Positions 1-10,317 of a stretch of DNA of 64,000 bases are shown here, in pieces (within the stretch, counting starts at the first letter, position 1; the number at the start of each line of letters is the position of its first letter). The notes under the pieces were generated by a model. That model saw only the letters and a list, made by a program, of their open reading frames with translations, was not told the origin of the DNA and made no database searches. Made by a program: the position numbers and the translations under genes. This DNA is from Candidatus Latescibacterota bacterium (GTDB taxonomy: Bacteria > Latescibacterota > UBA2968 > GCA-2709665): assembly GCA_965219995.1 (NCBI GenBank), contig CBDCOX010000002.1, forward strand, positions 5,088,001-5,152,000, written 5' to 3'.

Positions 1-2034
1 ATCGTGCCAGATGGCCCGGGCGATTCCGGATCCGAACGGCGTCGGGTTCCCGGCCCACGCGCAGAGACCCCTCCACGCATGCGCGGGTTTCTTCCTGATC
101 TTCAGGACAAGGGCGGCGGCGGGGAAATACAGGACGGGCGCGAGGATCACGCAAACCGCCTTCAGAACGACAATCGCGATTGCGAGTACCACCCAGAGGG
201 TGCGCCAGACGCATTCGAAGACCAGCCACGGCAGGTAGACGAGGCCCTTGAGTACCACGGAAGGGACCTGTGTGAGAGGCCGTTCGCCGGCGAGCTCTTT
301 GAGTCGAACGAGGGATCTGAACTGCAGCAATTCCGAACTGAACACGCCGCCCGCGGACGAGCCGGCGCGTCCGCTTCCGGCCCCGCCGATGCGGATCCGA
401 CGGGATGCCAGCATGGGAATGAAGAACAGCGCGACTGCGAGCGACGCCAGAAGCGAAAAGACCACGGTCAGGGACATATCGCCGAAGACCTGGCCGGCCA
501 CGCCTTCGACGAAGACAATCGGAAAGAAGACCGCGACCGTGGTGAGCGTGGAGGCAAAGACCGCGCCCCCGACTTCTCCGGTGCCCCTCACCGCCGCGGT
601 AACGATATCGTCGCCTTCCTCGCGGCATCGGAAGATGCTTTCCAGTACGACGATGGAGTTGTCGACAAGCATACCGATTCCCAGCGCCATGCCTCCCAGC
701 GACATAATGTTCAACGAGACGCCGAATAGCTTCATGGGAGCAAACGTGGCGATGATCGAGATTGGAATCGCCAGGCTCACGATGCCCGTATGAGAAGGAT
801 TCCGCAGGAAGATATAGAGCACCAGGATGGCAAGCACGCCCCCGATGACGGCGGTCTGCTTGACTTCGTCGACCGATCGCTTGATAAACTGCGACTGGTC
901 CGACAGCACTTCCACCTGCATGCCTCGCGGCATCGAGTACGCAATGTAGCTGGTCATTTCCTTGAGCTTGACGAACTGCCGCACCTGCGCGGCCCGGTTG
1001 GCGGAGTCGGCCGGCTTGATCTCTCCGGCATTCAGCCGCTTCACGTAGGCCAGTTGTTCCGGCGTGCCGAACAGTCGATCGCGTACCCGCTGCGCGGTGG
1101 CGACGATATTGGCGTCGGCTTCCTTGAAGACGTCGATTTCCACGCTCTCCACGCCGTTGACGCGGGTAATAATCTCCCGATCCTTATGGCCTCGGACGAC
1201 CTGGCTGACGTCTTTGAGCCGGATGTCCGCGCTGTTCTTCTGTCCGATGACGAGGTTGCGGATTTCGTCGACGGTCCGGAATTCGTTCAGGGTGCGGACC
1301 ATGTACTGGGTCTGACCGTCAAGAAGACTGCCGCCGGCGAGGTTGACGTTCTCTTCGCGGAGCCGCCGGTTGATGTCGCCGATGCCAAGCCCCATCAGGG
1401 CGAGTTGTCGTTCGTTGATTTCGACGCGGATTTCTTCTTCCAGACCGCCATGCACCCGGGCCGCGGCAACGCCTTTCATCGCCTCCAGCGCCTGCTTGAT
1501 CTCTTCCTCGGCGATAAGCCTCAGCGCATACAGGTCGGCATCGCCGTACAGGCCGATCCGCATGATCGGGTCCTGAGTGGGATCGTAACGCAGGATGAGC
1601 GGTTTGTTGACGCCCCGGGGCAGGTTCAGCCGGTCCAGGTTCTCCCGTACCGTCTGTACAGCGTCGTTCATGTCCGTGTCCCAGCCGAATTCCAGGATGA
1701 CGTCCGACATTCCGGCACGGGAGATGGAGACGATGCTGGCCAGATTGTTGACGACCCCCAGCCGCTGTTCTATTTGCCTGGAAATCAGATTTTCAACTTC
1801 CTCGGGCGCGGTATCGGGATAGTCGGTACGGATGGTGAGGGTGGGATAGGAGATGTCCGGCATCAGGGTGAGCGGCAGTTGCTGGTAGGATATGTAGCCG
1901 AAGACCGCGATGGCCAGGACGACCATAAAAATGGCCACCGGCCTCCGGGTGGTGATTTCGAACGTGCGGGAGATTTGCGTTCCGGCGCGGGAAAGGGGAT
2001 TTCGCGATCCGGCGCCTGCGGATTCCTCGTCCAT
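1..2034 (-). CDS. RND efflux permease (AcrB/AcrD/AcrF family), N-terminal part; runs off the left edge
   Basis: Manual translation from the ATG at 2034 gives ...RRPVAIFMVVLAIAVFGYISYQQLPLTLMPDISYPTLTIRTDYPDTAPEEVENLI..., a typical AcrB N-terminus. It lies directly downstream of the adaptor gene and is absent from the ORF track because it is truncated. Confidence 0.93.
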   Translation of the reverse strand, partial: MDEESAGAGSRNPLSRAGTQISRTFEITTRRPVAIFMVVLAIAVFGYISYQQLPLTLMPDISYPTLTIRTDYPDTAPEEVENLISRQIEQRLGVVNNLASIVSISRAGMSDVILEFGWDTDMNDAVQTVRENLDRLNLPRGVNKPLILRYDPTQDPIMRIGLYGDADLYALRLIAEEEIKQALEAMKGVAAARVHGGLEEEIRVEINERQLALMGLGIGDINRRLREENVNLAGGSLLDGQTQYMVRTLNEFRTVDEIRNLVIGQKNSADIRLKDVSQVVRGHKDREIITRVNGVESVEIDVFKEADANIVATAQRVRDRLFGTPEQLAYVKRLNAGEIKPADSANRAAQVRQFVKLKEMTSYIAYSMPRGMQVEVLSDQSQFIKRSVDEVKQTAVIGGVLAILVLYIFLRNPSHTGIVSLAIPISIIATFAPMKLFGVSLNIMSLGGMALGIGMLVDNSIVVLESIFRCREEGDDIVTAAVRGTGEVGGAVFASTLTTVAVFFPIVFVEGVAGQVFGDMSLTVVFSLLASLAVALFFIPMLASRRIRIGGAGSGRAGSSAGGVFSSELLQFRSLVRLKELAGERPLTQVPSVVLKGLVYLPWLVFECVWRTLWVVLAIAIVVLKAVCVILAPVLYFPAAALVLKIRKKPAHAWRGLCAWAGNPTPFGSGIARAIWHD

Positions 2035-2110
2035 ATCTTCTGAGTCCTCGATCGGCGGCGCCGTCGGGCAATGGCCGTACGGCGCCTGCTGCCGCCCGGA
2101 TGGCGCTTCG

Positions 2111-3301
2111 CTACCCGGATTTCTGCGGTTCCTGCTCCGTGGTATCGGGTTTGGCCGGAATGCGCAGGCCCTTTCCGTGAATCACACGGACCCGGGCCAG
2201 ATCCTTGAGGCCGTTCTGGCCGACGACGACGATGCTGTCGCCCCGGGCGACGCCGCTGAGAACCTCCAGGTTCTCGGTGTCTTCAAATCCCACGTCCAGC
2301 TGGATCTTTCGGGCGGTGCTGTCCTGCACCACGAACACATGAGGATATCCGTCGTCGTATACGACGGCGCGCTTGGGCACCAGCAAAGCCTTGTCGTGGG
2401 TGGCGGTGACGATTCTTGTCGTGACGAACATACCGGGCCGCAGCCTTTCGTCCGCGTCGTCGATCGCCAGCGTTACCCTGAACGTACCGCTGTTCGGATC
2501 GACAACAGGGCTGATGCGAATAATGCGACCGGGGAAATCGTCATCGGGTAGAAGGTCCGTGGTGATGCGGGCAGGCTGTCCCACCGAGATGTTGGGCAGT
2601 TCCCCTCCCGGTATGTGCGCCCTGGAGATCAGGCTTCTCATGTTGACCAGCGCATACAGCCTGGTTGACGGGCCGATACGGTCGCCCAATCTGACGATCC
2701 GTTCCGCCACGACGCCGGTTATCGGAGATCGAACCAATGTGTGGTCCAGATCCAGCTGGGCGCGCTGCCACCGGATTCTGGCCTGTTCCAGGTCGAATTC
2801 GTTACGTTCGTATTCTTCTTTGGAGAGCAGGTTTTTGTCGAAGATCTTCTTCTGACGATTGAAGTCGTTCTCCAGCTTGAGGTACGCGACTTTGGCTTCC
2901 GCTTCGGCGAGCTTGAGTTCGTGGTCGACAAGGTGAACGAGGACCTGATCCACCTGGACCCGGTCGCCTTCTTCGGCCAGCACGCGTTTGACGAGCCCGT
3001 TTCCGTGGGCGTAAACGTCCACGGTTTCTTCGGCCTCTACCTTGGCATTGTAGAGCAGGTATGAGGAAATCGTACCCTGTTGAACGTGATGCACCTTTAC
3101 AGGAACGCCTTCCGGCGTCTTTTTTGCTTTGTCTTCAGCGGCTTTGGTCGTGTCAACCGCCGTCGAGTCGGTTTTTGTGGAATCGGCCGCGGCGCCGGTC
3201 GCGCTCTCGCCCTCGGCTTTTTCGCCGCCGCACCCGGTGAGCGCGCCGCACGCAAAAACCGCGGCCAGTAAAACAAAGCGTCTTATGCAGCGGTTTTCCA
3301 T
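2111..3301 (-). CDS. RND efflux periplasmic adaptor (membrane fusion protein), lipoprotein
   Basis: Lipobox ALTGC; motifs EEGDRV, VRSPITGVV, ISPVVDPNSGTF, LRPGMFV. Confidence 0.93.
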   Translation of the reverse strand: MENRCIRRFVLLAAVFACGALTGCGGEKAEGESATGAAADSTKTDSTAVDTTKAAEDKAKKTPEGVPVKVHHVQQGTISSYLLYNAKVEAEETVDVYAHGNGLVKRVLAEEGDRVQVDQVLVHLVDHELKLAEAEAKVAYLKLENDFNRQKKIFDKNLLSKEEYERNEFDLEQARIRWQRAQLDLDHTLVRSPITGVVAERIVRLGDRIGPSTRLYALVNMRSLISRAHIPGGELPNISVGQPARITTDLLPDDDFPGRIIRISPVVDPNSGTFRVTLAIDDADERLRPGMFVTTRIVTATHDKALLVPKRAVVYDDGYPHVFVVQDSTARKIQLDVGFEDTENLEVLSGVARGDSIVVVGQNGLKDLARVRVIHGKGLRIPAKPDTTEQEPQKSG

Positions 3302-3529
3302 TATCCGTACATCCTTCCGGACGATATGTGGACATTCCCTGCACCATGCGGCATCGAGGCGGCATTGCCGCGGAAACTCCGCATGGTACGGCGCCGGTTC
3401 ATGCGATGCCGGTCCGAGTGAAATCTCCCACCGTCTTTGACGCCCCAGTCATGCCGGATGTTTCGCAAAAAAGCCACCGGGCCGCCATTCTTTCGACGGC
3501 CCGGCCTTGCGGGATCGATGTCCGATGCA

Positions 3530-4324
3530 TCAATGTTCCACGGCTTTTCTGACGCTTGACGCAATTTCCGCGTAACGCCGGGAGATCGGGGATTCGGGAT
3601 CGGCGGCCGAAATGGGGGCGCCGGTATCGCCGCCCCGGCGTATCCGCATGTCGAGCGGGATTTCGCCCAGCAGCGGCACGCCGTACTCAGCGGCCATTTT
3701 TCTGCCGCCGCCCTGCCCGAAGATATCGGCCCGGGCATTGCAGTTGCCGCAGATATATTCGCTCATGTTTTCGACGATTCCCAGAACGGGTACGTCCACC
3801 GTATTGAACATCCGGATGCCGCGACGCACGTCCTCGAGTGCCACGGATTGCGGCGTTGTGACAATGACGGCGCCGTCGAGGCGCGCGGATTGCACGAGGG
3901 TAAGCTGGACGTCGCCCGTACCGGGCGGCAGATCGATAAGGAGAAAGTCAAGCGGCGCCCACGCAACGTCCCTGAGGAATTGCAATACCATTTTGGCCAG
4001 CATCGGACCCCGCCAGATCACCGGAGCGCCCGCTTCCGTGATCAGACCGAGGGAAATCATCTTGACATTGTGACGTTCGAGGGGAACAATCCCGCCGTTC
4101 GGGTCCATGTCCGGCATTTCGTTCCCGCCCATCATGATGGGGACATTCGGGCCGTAGATGTCCGCGTCCATGAGACCCACGGCGGCGCCCTGTCGCGCCA
4201 GCGCCACGCAGAGATTGGCAGCCGTGGTGGATTTTCCCACGCCGCCCTTGCCGCTGGCGACGGCGACCAGGCGCCGGACGCCCGGAATCGGCGCGGGTCG
4301 GGGCACGTTTGCATTCGTATTCAA
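3530..4324 (-). CDS. apbC: Mrp/NBP35 Fe-S cluster carrier ATPase
   Basis: VASGKGGVGKST, DADIYGPN, IDLPPGTGD, VENMS and CGNC motifs; TTG start at 4324 after an AGGAGG RBS. Confidence 0.92.
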   Translation of the reverse strand: MNTNANVPRPAPIPGVRRLVAVASGKGGVGKSTTAANLCVALARQGAAVGLMDADIYGPNVPIMMGGNEMPDMDPNGGIVPLERHNVKMISLGLITEAGAPVIWRGPMLAKMVLQFLRDVAWAPLDFLLIDLPPGTGDVQLTLVQSARLDGAVIVTTPQSVALEDVRRGIRMFNTVDVPVLGIVENMSEYICGNCNARADIFGQGGGRKMAAEYGVPLLGEIPLDMRIRRGGDTGAPISAADPESPISRRYAEIASSVRKAVEH

Positions 4325-4361
4325 GACAGGGCCTCCTGCGGTGGGGCCGCGAGGGTTGCGT

Positions 4362-5486
4362 TCAACCTTGCGATTTGCGGCTTCTGCGAATGCAGTCGGC
4401 CAGAATGGGTATGCCGGTGCGGACGTCGTCGTGCGTCGCGAAACCGAATGCAAGTCTGATGTACGGTACATCCTTATTGTACACGTGGAATGCCTTGCCG
4501 GTCGCGTAGTCGATACCCATCGACTCCGCAAGCTGCTCGCATGCGACGGTGTCGGTGGCGTCGGGCAGCTTGACCCAGATAAACAGACCGCCGCTGGGAC
4601 GGCTGAACCACTCGAATGCGTCAGGAAAACGCGAGAGCATGTCGAACATCAGATCGCGTTTCCTCCCGACGATGGCGTTGATCCTGTCCACGTGCGACCA
4701 GAGTTCCTCTCTGAAATATTCGCAGACGACGGCCGCGCTGAGCGAACTGGTCCCTCCGTCGCGCCTGTACTGGAGAATCCGGTCGAGAAGATGCCGCGGC
4801 GCCGCGAGATAGCCGAGACGGACACCGGGCCCCAGGATTTTGGACAGAGACTCTATGTGAATCACCGGCGTTTCGTGTTCGAGTGTCCACAGGGCGGGTT
4901 CGTGGCGGTCTTCGTAAACGGTGTCGGCGTAACAGTGGTCTTCAACCACCGGTATCCCGAAACGGCCCGCAATGTCCAGGAGCTCCCGGCGTCGATCGAC
5001 CGGCATGATCGATCCCGTGGGGTTCTGGTAGGTTGCCAGCGTGTAGATGAATTTCGGTTTTCTGTTCCCGGAAACCAGCATGTCGAGCGTACGCTCGAGG
5101 GCGTCCATCCGCATGCCGTGTTCGTCGAGCGGGACGCCGACGAGTTCGGCGCCCTCCTTGCGGTATGCGCTCAGGGTACCCGAGTACGAGTATTCCTCGA
5201 GCACGATCACGTCGCCGGGCGACTCCACGAGTGCCTGCGCCACCAGCGTCACCGCCTGCATGGAACCCGTGGTAAGGACGATCCGGTCCACGGGAAGGGC
5301 AACGCCTTCCCTGCGGGCGAACCTCTGTGACATCAGTTTCCTGAGCGGCTCGTACCCCAGCGAACCGGGATAGGACGCCAGTTCGTCGCCCAACTCCGGC
5401 AGAATGCGCATGGCCGCTTCCGCCAGGCCCCGATTGGGAAAGGAGGCCGGATCGGGACGGCCGCTGCCAAACGGAAATGTCTTCAC
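4362..5486 (-). CDS. PLP-dependent aminotransferase, class I/II (LysN/MocR-enzyme-like)
   Basis: YQNPTG, VEDHCY, SLSKILGPGVRLG (PLP lysine), GGLFIW. Confidence 0.9.
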   Translation of the reverse strand: MKTFPFGSGRPDPASFPNRGLAEAAMRILPELGDELASYPGSLGYEPLRKLMSQRFARREGVALPVDRIVLTTGSMQAVTLVAQALVESPGDVIVLEEYSYSGTLSAYRKEGAELVGVPLDEHGMRMDALERTLDMLVSGNRKPKFIYTLATYQNPTGSIMPVDRRRELLDIAGRFGIPVVEDHCYADTVYEDRHEPALWTLEHETPVIHIESLSKILGPGVRLGYLAAPRHLLDRILQYRRDGGTSSLSAAVVCEYFREELWSHVDRINAIVGRKRDLMFDMLSRFPDAFEWFSRPSGGLFIWVKLPDATDTVACEQLAESMGIDYATGKAFHVYNKDVPYIRLAFGFATHDDVRTGIPILADCIRRSRKSQG

Positions 5487-5511
5487 TCCGTAACGATATC
5501 CTTATTTTCCA

Positions 5512-5690
5512 GTTATTACCAGGAGCAGTAAATAGTGGACAGTGGACAGTGGCCAGTAAAAGGCGGTGAGAGGGAAGACGTTAGACGTGAGATGATATGA
5601 TTGCGCCGTGCGGTTTCATTGCTTGCCAAAGGCATATAGGAACATCCAGTCAGGCAATGACGTCTTCTCCCGTCTCACCGATTTCAGGCG
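5512..5690. repeat. MITE-like element, family A, copy 1
   Basis: Near-exact reverse complement of 11680-11872; heptamer repeats GTGGACA; core shared with the copies at 26.0, 30.4 and 60.0 kb. Confidence 0.85.
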
Positions 5691-5733
5691 TCGCCATCGG
5701 TCGCCGGGCCGGATGACGGACGTCTGCGGCGCT

Positions 5734-7323
5734 TCAGATCCCTTTTTCCTTGCCCCGGATTCTGGGATCGAGGGTGGCGAGAAGCTCGTTGTCCTCGGTA
5801 ATCTCGATGGCCCGGACGTTGGCGGCCGCACTCCCCCTGCCCAGCGTGTATTTGACTTCCGACTTCAGGTAATCGGGCGCGATTTCTCCGAACCCTTCTT
5901 CAACGGCAACCCATTCGTTGCCCTCGGAGTGCACTCTTGGCGCGCTGACCGCCCATTCCAGGTCTTCGTCGAGCACCAGCCGCCTTGTGAGCACCTGAAA
6001 CAGTGAGGACGGTATACGGGTTCCTCCCGACGCGCCGAGCGTCATCACAGGCTCCCCGTCGCTGAGGATGAGCATGGGGCACATGTTGTTGACGGGCGCC
6101 TTGCCCGCGTCCACCGAATTGGGCAGTCCCGAGCCGGGATCGAAACGGGACATGCCGGCGTTCATGATAAGCCCCATTCTGGGTACGGTGACGAATGAAC
6201 CGAAACCCGGTCCGTGGGTCAGGGTCAGGGAAGCCATATTGCGGTCGCGGTCCACGACAGAGACGTGGGTCGTGCCGCCGTACGAAAGCGGGCGCAGCAG
6301 TGCCTGCCCGCGCGTTCCCTCCGACACGTGGTCCGCGATTTCGCGCCCTGTTGCGCCGATCTGGACGTCGGAGGTCAGGGTTTCGAGGGGTACGTTGACG
6401 AATGCGGGGTCGCCGAAATATCGGTAACGGTCCAGCCAGGCGGCGCGGATGGTTTCGGTCAGCCCGTGGGCGAGGCGTGCCGCGTCGCGGGCCCAGAGGT
6501 CCAGTTCGGCCACCTCCGCAACGCGGCACATCTGCAGTACAGTGAGGCCGCTGGAACAGAGAGGCGCGGTGTAGAGATCGTAACCGAGGCAGGACGCATG
6601 GACGGGTTCGACATGGCGGGCCTGGAAGTTCGCGAAGTCGTCTTCCGTCAGGATGCCGCCGTTTTCCCGGATATATTTGACAATTCTTCCCGCAATTCTT
6701 CCGCGGTAAAACTCATCGACCCCGCTTTTCGCGATCTGTTCGAGGACCCGGCCCAGATTCGGATTGGCTGCCCTGTCCCTGGTGGTTGGCAATGAACCGT
6801 CGACCATCAGCAGTCGTTCGGTATCCCGGGACGCGCGGATGCGTTTTTCGTTCTCCGCGACGGCGTCCGCGTACTCCGGCGACACCCGAAAGCCGTTCTT
6901 GCACGCCCGAATGGCGGGAGCAAGCGCCTGATCCAGCGGAATTTTCCCGTACTTGTCGAGTGCCGCAGCCAGCCCGGCCAGTACGCCGGGAACGGAGACC
7001 GCAAGGCAGCCGATCTCGTTGGCCCGGTTCCTGACCAGCGACCCGAAGCGCCCGTCGGAGCGGGCAACCTGGAACATCCTTCCGGTGGCGGCCCCGGGCG
7101 CTACGGTATTGAAGTCGATGCACCCGACTTCACCGTTCATATAGACCATGAGGGCCCCGCCGTAGCCGCCGATTCCGGTGTGGTGCGGCGTCACCACGCA
7201 GGCGAGCAGGGCGGCCGTGACGGCAGCATCAACCGCATTGCCTCCTTTTTTCAATATGTTGACGGCCGCGGCATCGGCTTCTGGCTGGCCGACGACAGCG
7301 GCTTCCTCAAACGTGGCCGACAC
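5734..7323 (-). CDS. ggt: Gamma-glutamyltransferase family protein (no signal peptide seen)
   Basis: GGNAVDAAV, GIGGYG, VSVPG, catalytic TTHVSVVD, GASGG. Confidence 0.9.
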   Translation of the reverse strand: MSATFEEAAVVGQPEADAAAVNILKKGGNAVDAAVTAALLACVVTPHHTGIGGYGGALMVYMNGEVGCIDFNTVAPGAATGRMFQVARSDGRFGSLVRNRANEIGCLAVSVPGVLAGLAAALDKYGKIPLDQALAPAIRACKNGFRVSPEYADAVAENEKRIRASRDTERLLMVDGSLPTTRDRAANPNLGRVLEQIAKSGVDEFYRGRIAGRIVKYIRENGGILTEDDFANFQARHVEPVHASCLGYDLYTAPLCSSGLTVLQMCRVAEVAELDLWARDAARLAHGLTETIRAAWLDRYRYFGDPAFVNVPLETLTSDVQIGATGREIADHVSEGTRGQALLRPLSYGGTTHVSVVDRDRNMASLTLTHGPGFGSFVTVPRMGLIMNAGMSRFDPGSGLPNSVDAGKAPVNNMCPMLILSDGEPVMTLGASGGTRIPSSLFQVLTRRLVLDEDLEWAVSAPRVHSEGNEWVAVEEGFGEIAPDYLKSEVKYTLGRGSAAANVRAIEITEDNELLATLDPRIRGKEKGI

Positions 7324-7569
7324 TTATATTCTACCTCCTTCCAACCCATGAAGTCCGCTGGTTTCCGTAGAATTGCGCCCCGCGAGGCGAGAATTGCCTC
7401 ATCGTCTGTCCGGGCGACTCCGGATGGTGGTTCGATAATATATGGCGGCCCGGTGCAGGTCAAGGTTTTTTTTCCTTTTTTCGGCTTCAGTTCGTCGAAA
7501 CCACGTACGCCCGCCGTGAAACCGCCCGGGCCGGTCCATTGCGTTTTGACGCAGCCGCGCGGAACCCGT

Positions 7570-9729
7570 TCAGGAAGTGACGTATATGGGACTTGTCCAG
7601 GCTTTGGCGCCATCGGTCTGGGTGACCCGGACCCAGTAGGGATGGCAGCCGTCCGGGAATTCGGGCTCCCTCCAGGTGAAGGCGGCTTCCAGTCCCGTGT
7701 TTTCCGGCGCCAGCTCGAAGACAACGGCGATATCGACTCCGCCCGCTGGAATCCGGACAGGCCCGTCGGCGATTTCCCCGAGCGTGACGGTATGGGAAAC
7801 GACATTCGTCCTGAAGTCGATGGCTGCCCGCGGCGGCGCGTCAACGGTGAGTATGACGCCATCCGCATCGCCCGTGGTGACGGATTTCCAGGTCACGGAA
7901 TGGTCCGTGACCGTCCGGATACCCTCTGAAGCCGAATCGAAGGCATATCCTTCCGCGTGGCGTATCCGGCCCTCCCTGAGGGTGAGGCCGCCATCCCAGC
8001 GCACCAGGCGGTTGCGCGCACGGATTCGCTGCCCCGACCAGGCAATGCGGACTCGATCCCGCGACCGGGGTACGGTCTCGGGGTAATGGTGTACGCGCTT
8101 CAACCCTCTGAATATCTCCACGTGTTCGATGGGTGCGGTACCGATCACGTCAACCGCGATTTCCGGCGGTCCCGACGCCTTCATTTCCGAGCCCATCGGG
8201 TGTCCGTCGGCGGTGACGTTCACGAGGATCCGCTGGCCCGTGGTGCCGTAGCAGCGCCGGGCCTTCAGCGCCTCCCACAGCCCGCCCCGTGTGAGTTCGG
8301 TAGCGAACGCGCACGTGAGCCCGCCGTACACGCCGAATGTGCCGCTGCCGGGGTACGCGGCGCCGGGCCTGCCTTTGTGGTCGTCGCTTCCGGCGGTGAA
8401 CCCCACCCGATAGCCGTTCTCGAGAGCCCACCCGAGGAACCATTCGAATTCCCCCCATTCAGAGTAGACCTCCACCAGTCGCTCGAGTTCGGGGTCGTGC
8501 CAGTCCAGATTGGCGTAGCGGCCGCCCACGTGCGGCACGAGCAGGACGTCTCTTCCCTCCATCGCCCTGTAAAGGTCCTTTATGTGCAGGCAATCCGTAT
8601 GGGCGTCGGATTTGTCCGGTACCAGGACATGGCTGGAGCGATGGAGGGGACCTGCGTCGCCGGGGAAATACACGTTGTGATCACCGCCGACCGGCGTGTT
8701 GCCGGACCATTCGTACCCGACGAACGCGACAAACCGCCCGGGATCGTTCTGGATGTTCGCCTGGCGTCGGATTTCCTCCCAGACGGCTTCGGTGATCTGA
8801 AAATCGTTCCCCTGATGTCCTGCGAAGTCGACGAAGGCCGACTCCCGCGCGAAGCGAAAGTACGACGAAACCGGGTTGGTTCCCACGGTCTCTTCGCTCT
8901 GTCCGTGCAGGTCGCCCCAGAATGGACGGTACCCCGTCCCGTTTTCAACGCACCTCAACGGATTGCTTATGGCGTTAAGGCCCAGCCGCCTGTCGGAGAC
9001 GCCGATGCGAAAGACGCCGCTTTCGGGCGCGCGGACATCGTCGAACCGGCGGGTTCCCCGATCTTCCGGGCGGAAGCCGAATGTCTCAGGAAGCCCGGAA
9101 AGGCCGTCGGGATCCACCGTGACTTCGCCGGTATAGTCCCGGCACGGGTTTCCCCATTCATCCTCCGCCTTTATGCCCACCCATGCGGATTCGCCGGGGG
9201 CGGTCTCCGAAGCGCAGACCGCGACGAGCTTGTGCGGCGCCCCGCTGACGATCGGTACGGCCGGCGAAGGCACTTCCACGTAGACCCAGGTGCCGCACCA
9301 GTCGACGGCTACGCGGAATTCAAACCGGTCCTTGCAGAAGGTCTGCGCCCGGATGCCCGGCGATCCCCCCGACGTGTCTCCCAGGATGAGGGTGACCGTG
9401 TCGCCTTCGGAAAGCGAGTCGTCGAAGACATCGATGGTGACGCACCTGCGCCACGGCCGCACGTAGCGCTGCTTTTCAAAGGCGGGGCGGAGCGACGCGG
9501 GTCCCGTGGTGGATACCGAGGCGTACCCCGTCGCGGCCGGATCGTCGAACCGGGGCGCCTCCCAGTCGCTGACGTCGCGCCAGGCGATCTTGATGACACC
9601 GCCGTCATCCACGCCGTATCGGCCGGCGTGATAGACGATACGCCACGTGCCGGTGGCGCCCGCCGTCACCGGGCGGTCCGGGTCGATTTCGGCCCACCCG
9701 TAACGCTCGCGAATTTCCGCTTCGACCAT
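7570..9729 (-). CDS. DUF3604 family PHP-like metallohydrolase
   Basis: WGDLHGQS, GYEWS, GDHNV, PHVGG, GSDDHKGRPG, RRCYGTTG; start placed at the ATG at 9729. Confidence 0.8.
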   Translation of the reverse strand: MVEAEIRERYGWAEIDPDRPVTAGATGTWRIVYHAGRYGVDDGGVIKIAWRDVSDWEAPRFDDPAATGYASVSTTGPASLRPAFEKQRYVRPWRRCVTIDVFDDSLSEGDTVTLILGDTSGGSPGIRAQTFCKDRFEFRVAVDWCGTWVYVEVPSPAVPIVSGAPHKLVAVCASETAPGESAWVGIKAEDEWGNPCRDYTGEVTVDPDGLSGLPETFGFRPEDRGTRRFDDVRAPESGVFRIGVSDRRLGLNAISNPLRCVENGTGYRPFWGDLHGQSEETVGTNPVSSYFRFARESAFVDFAGHQGNDFQITEAVWEEIRRQANIQNDPGRFVAFVGYEWSGNTPVGGDHNVYFPGDAGPLHRSSHVLVPDKSDAHTDCLHIKDLYRAMEGRDVLLVPHVGGRYANLDWHDPELERLVEVYSEWGEFEWFLGWALENGYRVGFTAGSDDHKGRPGAAYPGSGTFGVYGGLTCAFATELTRGGLWEALKARRCYGTTGQRILVNVTADGHPMGSEMKASGPPEIAVDVIGTAPIEHVEIFRGLKRVHHYPETVPRSRDRVRIAWSGQRIRARNRLVRWDGGLTLREGRIRHAEGYAFDSASEGIRTVTDHSVTWKSVTTGDADGVILTVDAPPRAAIDFRTNVVSHTVTLGEIADGPVRIPAGGVDIAVVFELAPENTGLEAAFTWREPEFPDGCHPYWVRVTQTDGAKAWTSPIYVTS

Positions 9730-10032
9730 TGCTGTTTTCCTTTGGAAGACGCCGGGTGCGGCTGCCTGGCGGTCCGTTCGCCGGGGTCCGGCACGGGTTT
9801 CCGCGCGGCTGTGCAAGACCCTCGATGGCGGCGCGGACGCGCCGGGGGGCGAATCAAGATATGGCTTATTCAATGGGGAACAAGAGAAATCAGGGCCGGG
9901 TTTCACGTGCCTGTTCCGCTTGACGCAAGGTCGCTTTCGGGTTAACTTTTCGGCAGGTCGCGTCGTTCGCGGTACCATTCCATCCGTCCGCCTTCAACCC
10001 TGTCCGAATAGACCGGCACGCGGTCACAACCG

Positions 10033-10317
10033 ATGTCCGAAACCCTTCCCGTGGTCAGGCTCTTATCCAGGAACGACTGCCATCTGTGCGACGTCGCGAA
10101 AGGGCGCATCCGGGTGGCCGGTAGGCGTGTCCCGTTCCGTCTGGAGATCGTCGACGTCGATAGCGATCCTGAACTGGCCGCGCGATATACCGAACGGGTT
10201 CCCGTCGTACAGGTGAACGGTGAAGAGTTGTTTTCCTTCCGGGTCAACGAGAGGGTCCTGGTGCGAAAGCTGAAGTCGCTGTCGTCCCGGCCGAGGAGAA
10301 GCGATGGGTGGGGATGA
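10033..10317 (+). CDS. Glutaredoxin-like protein (DUF836/NrdH-like)
   Basis: CHLC active site and RVPVV cis-Pro motif. Confidence 0.85.
   Translation: MSETLPVVRLLSRNDCHLCDVAKGRIRVAGRRVPFRLEIVDVDSDPELAARYTERVPVVQVNGEELFSFRVNERVLVRKLKSLSSRPRRSDGWG

Noticed and set aside
4-2043. Long plus-strand ORFs (4-729 and 790-2043) and similar antisense ORFs throughout the window
   Set aside because: They are shadow frames of high-GC genes on the opposite strand and have no motifs.
3340-3390. Nested inverted repeats upstream of the RND adaptor as a riboswitch
   Set aside because: No known aptamer consensus; such hairpins are expected at this GC content.
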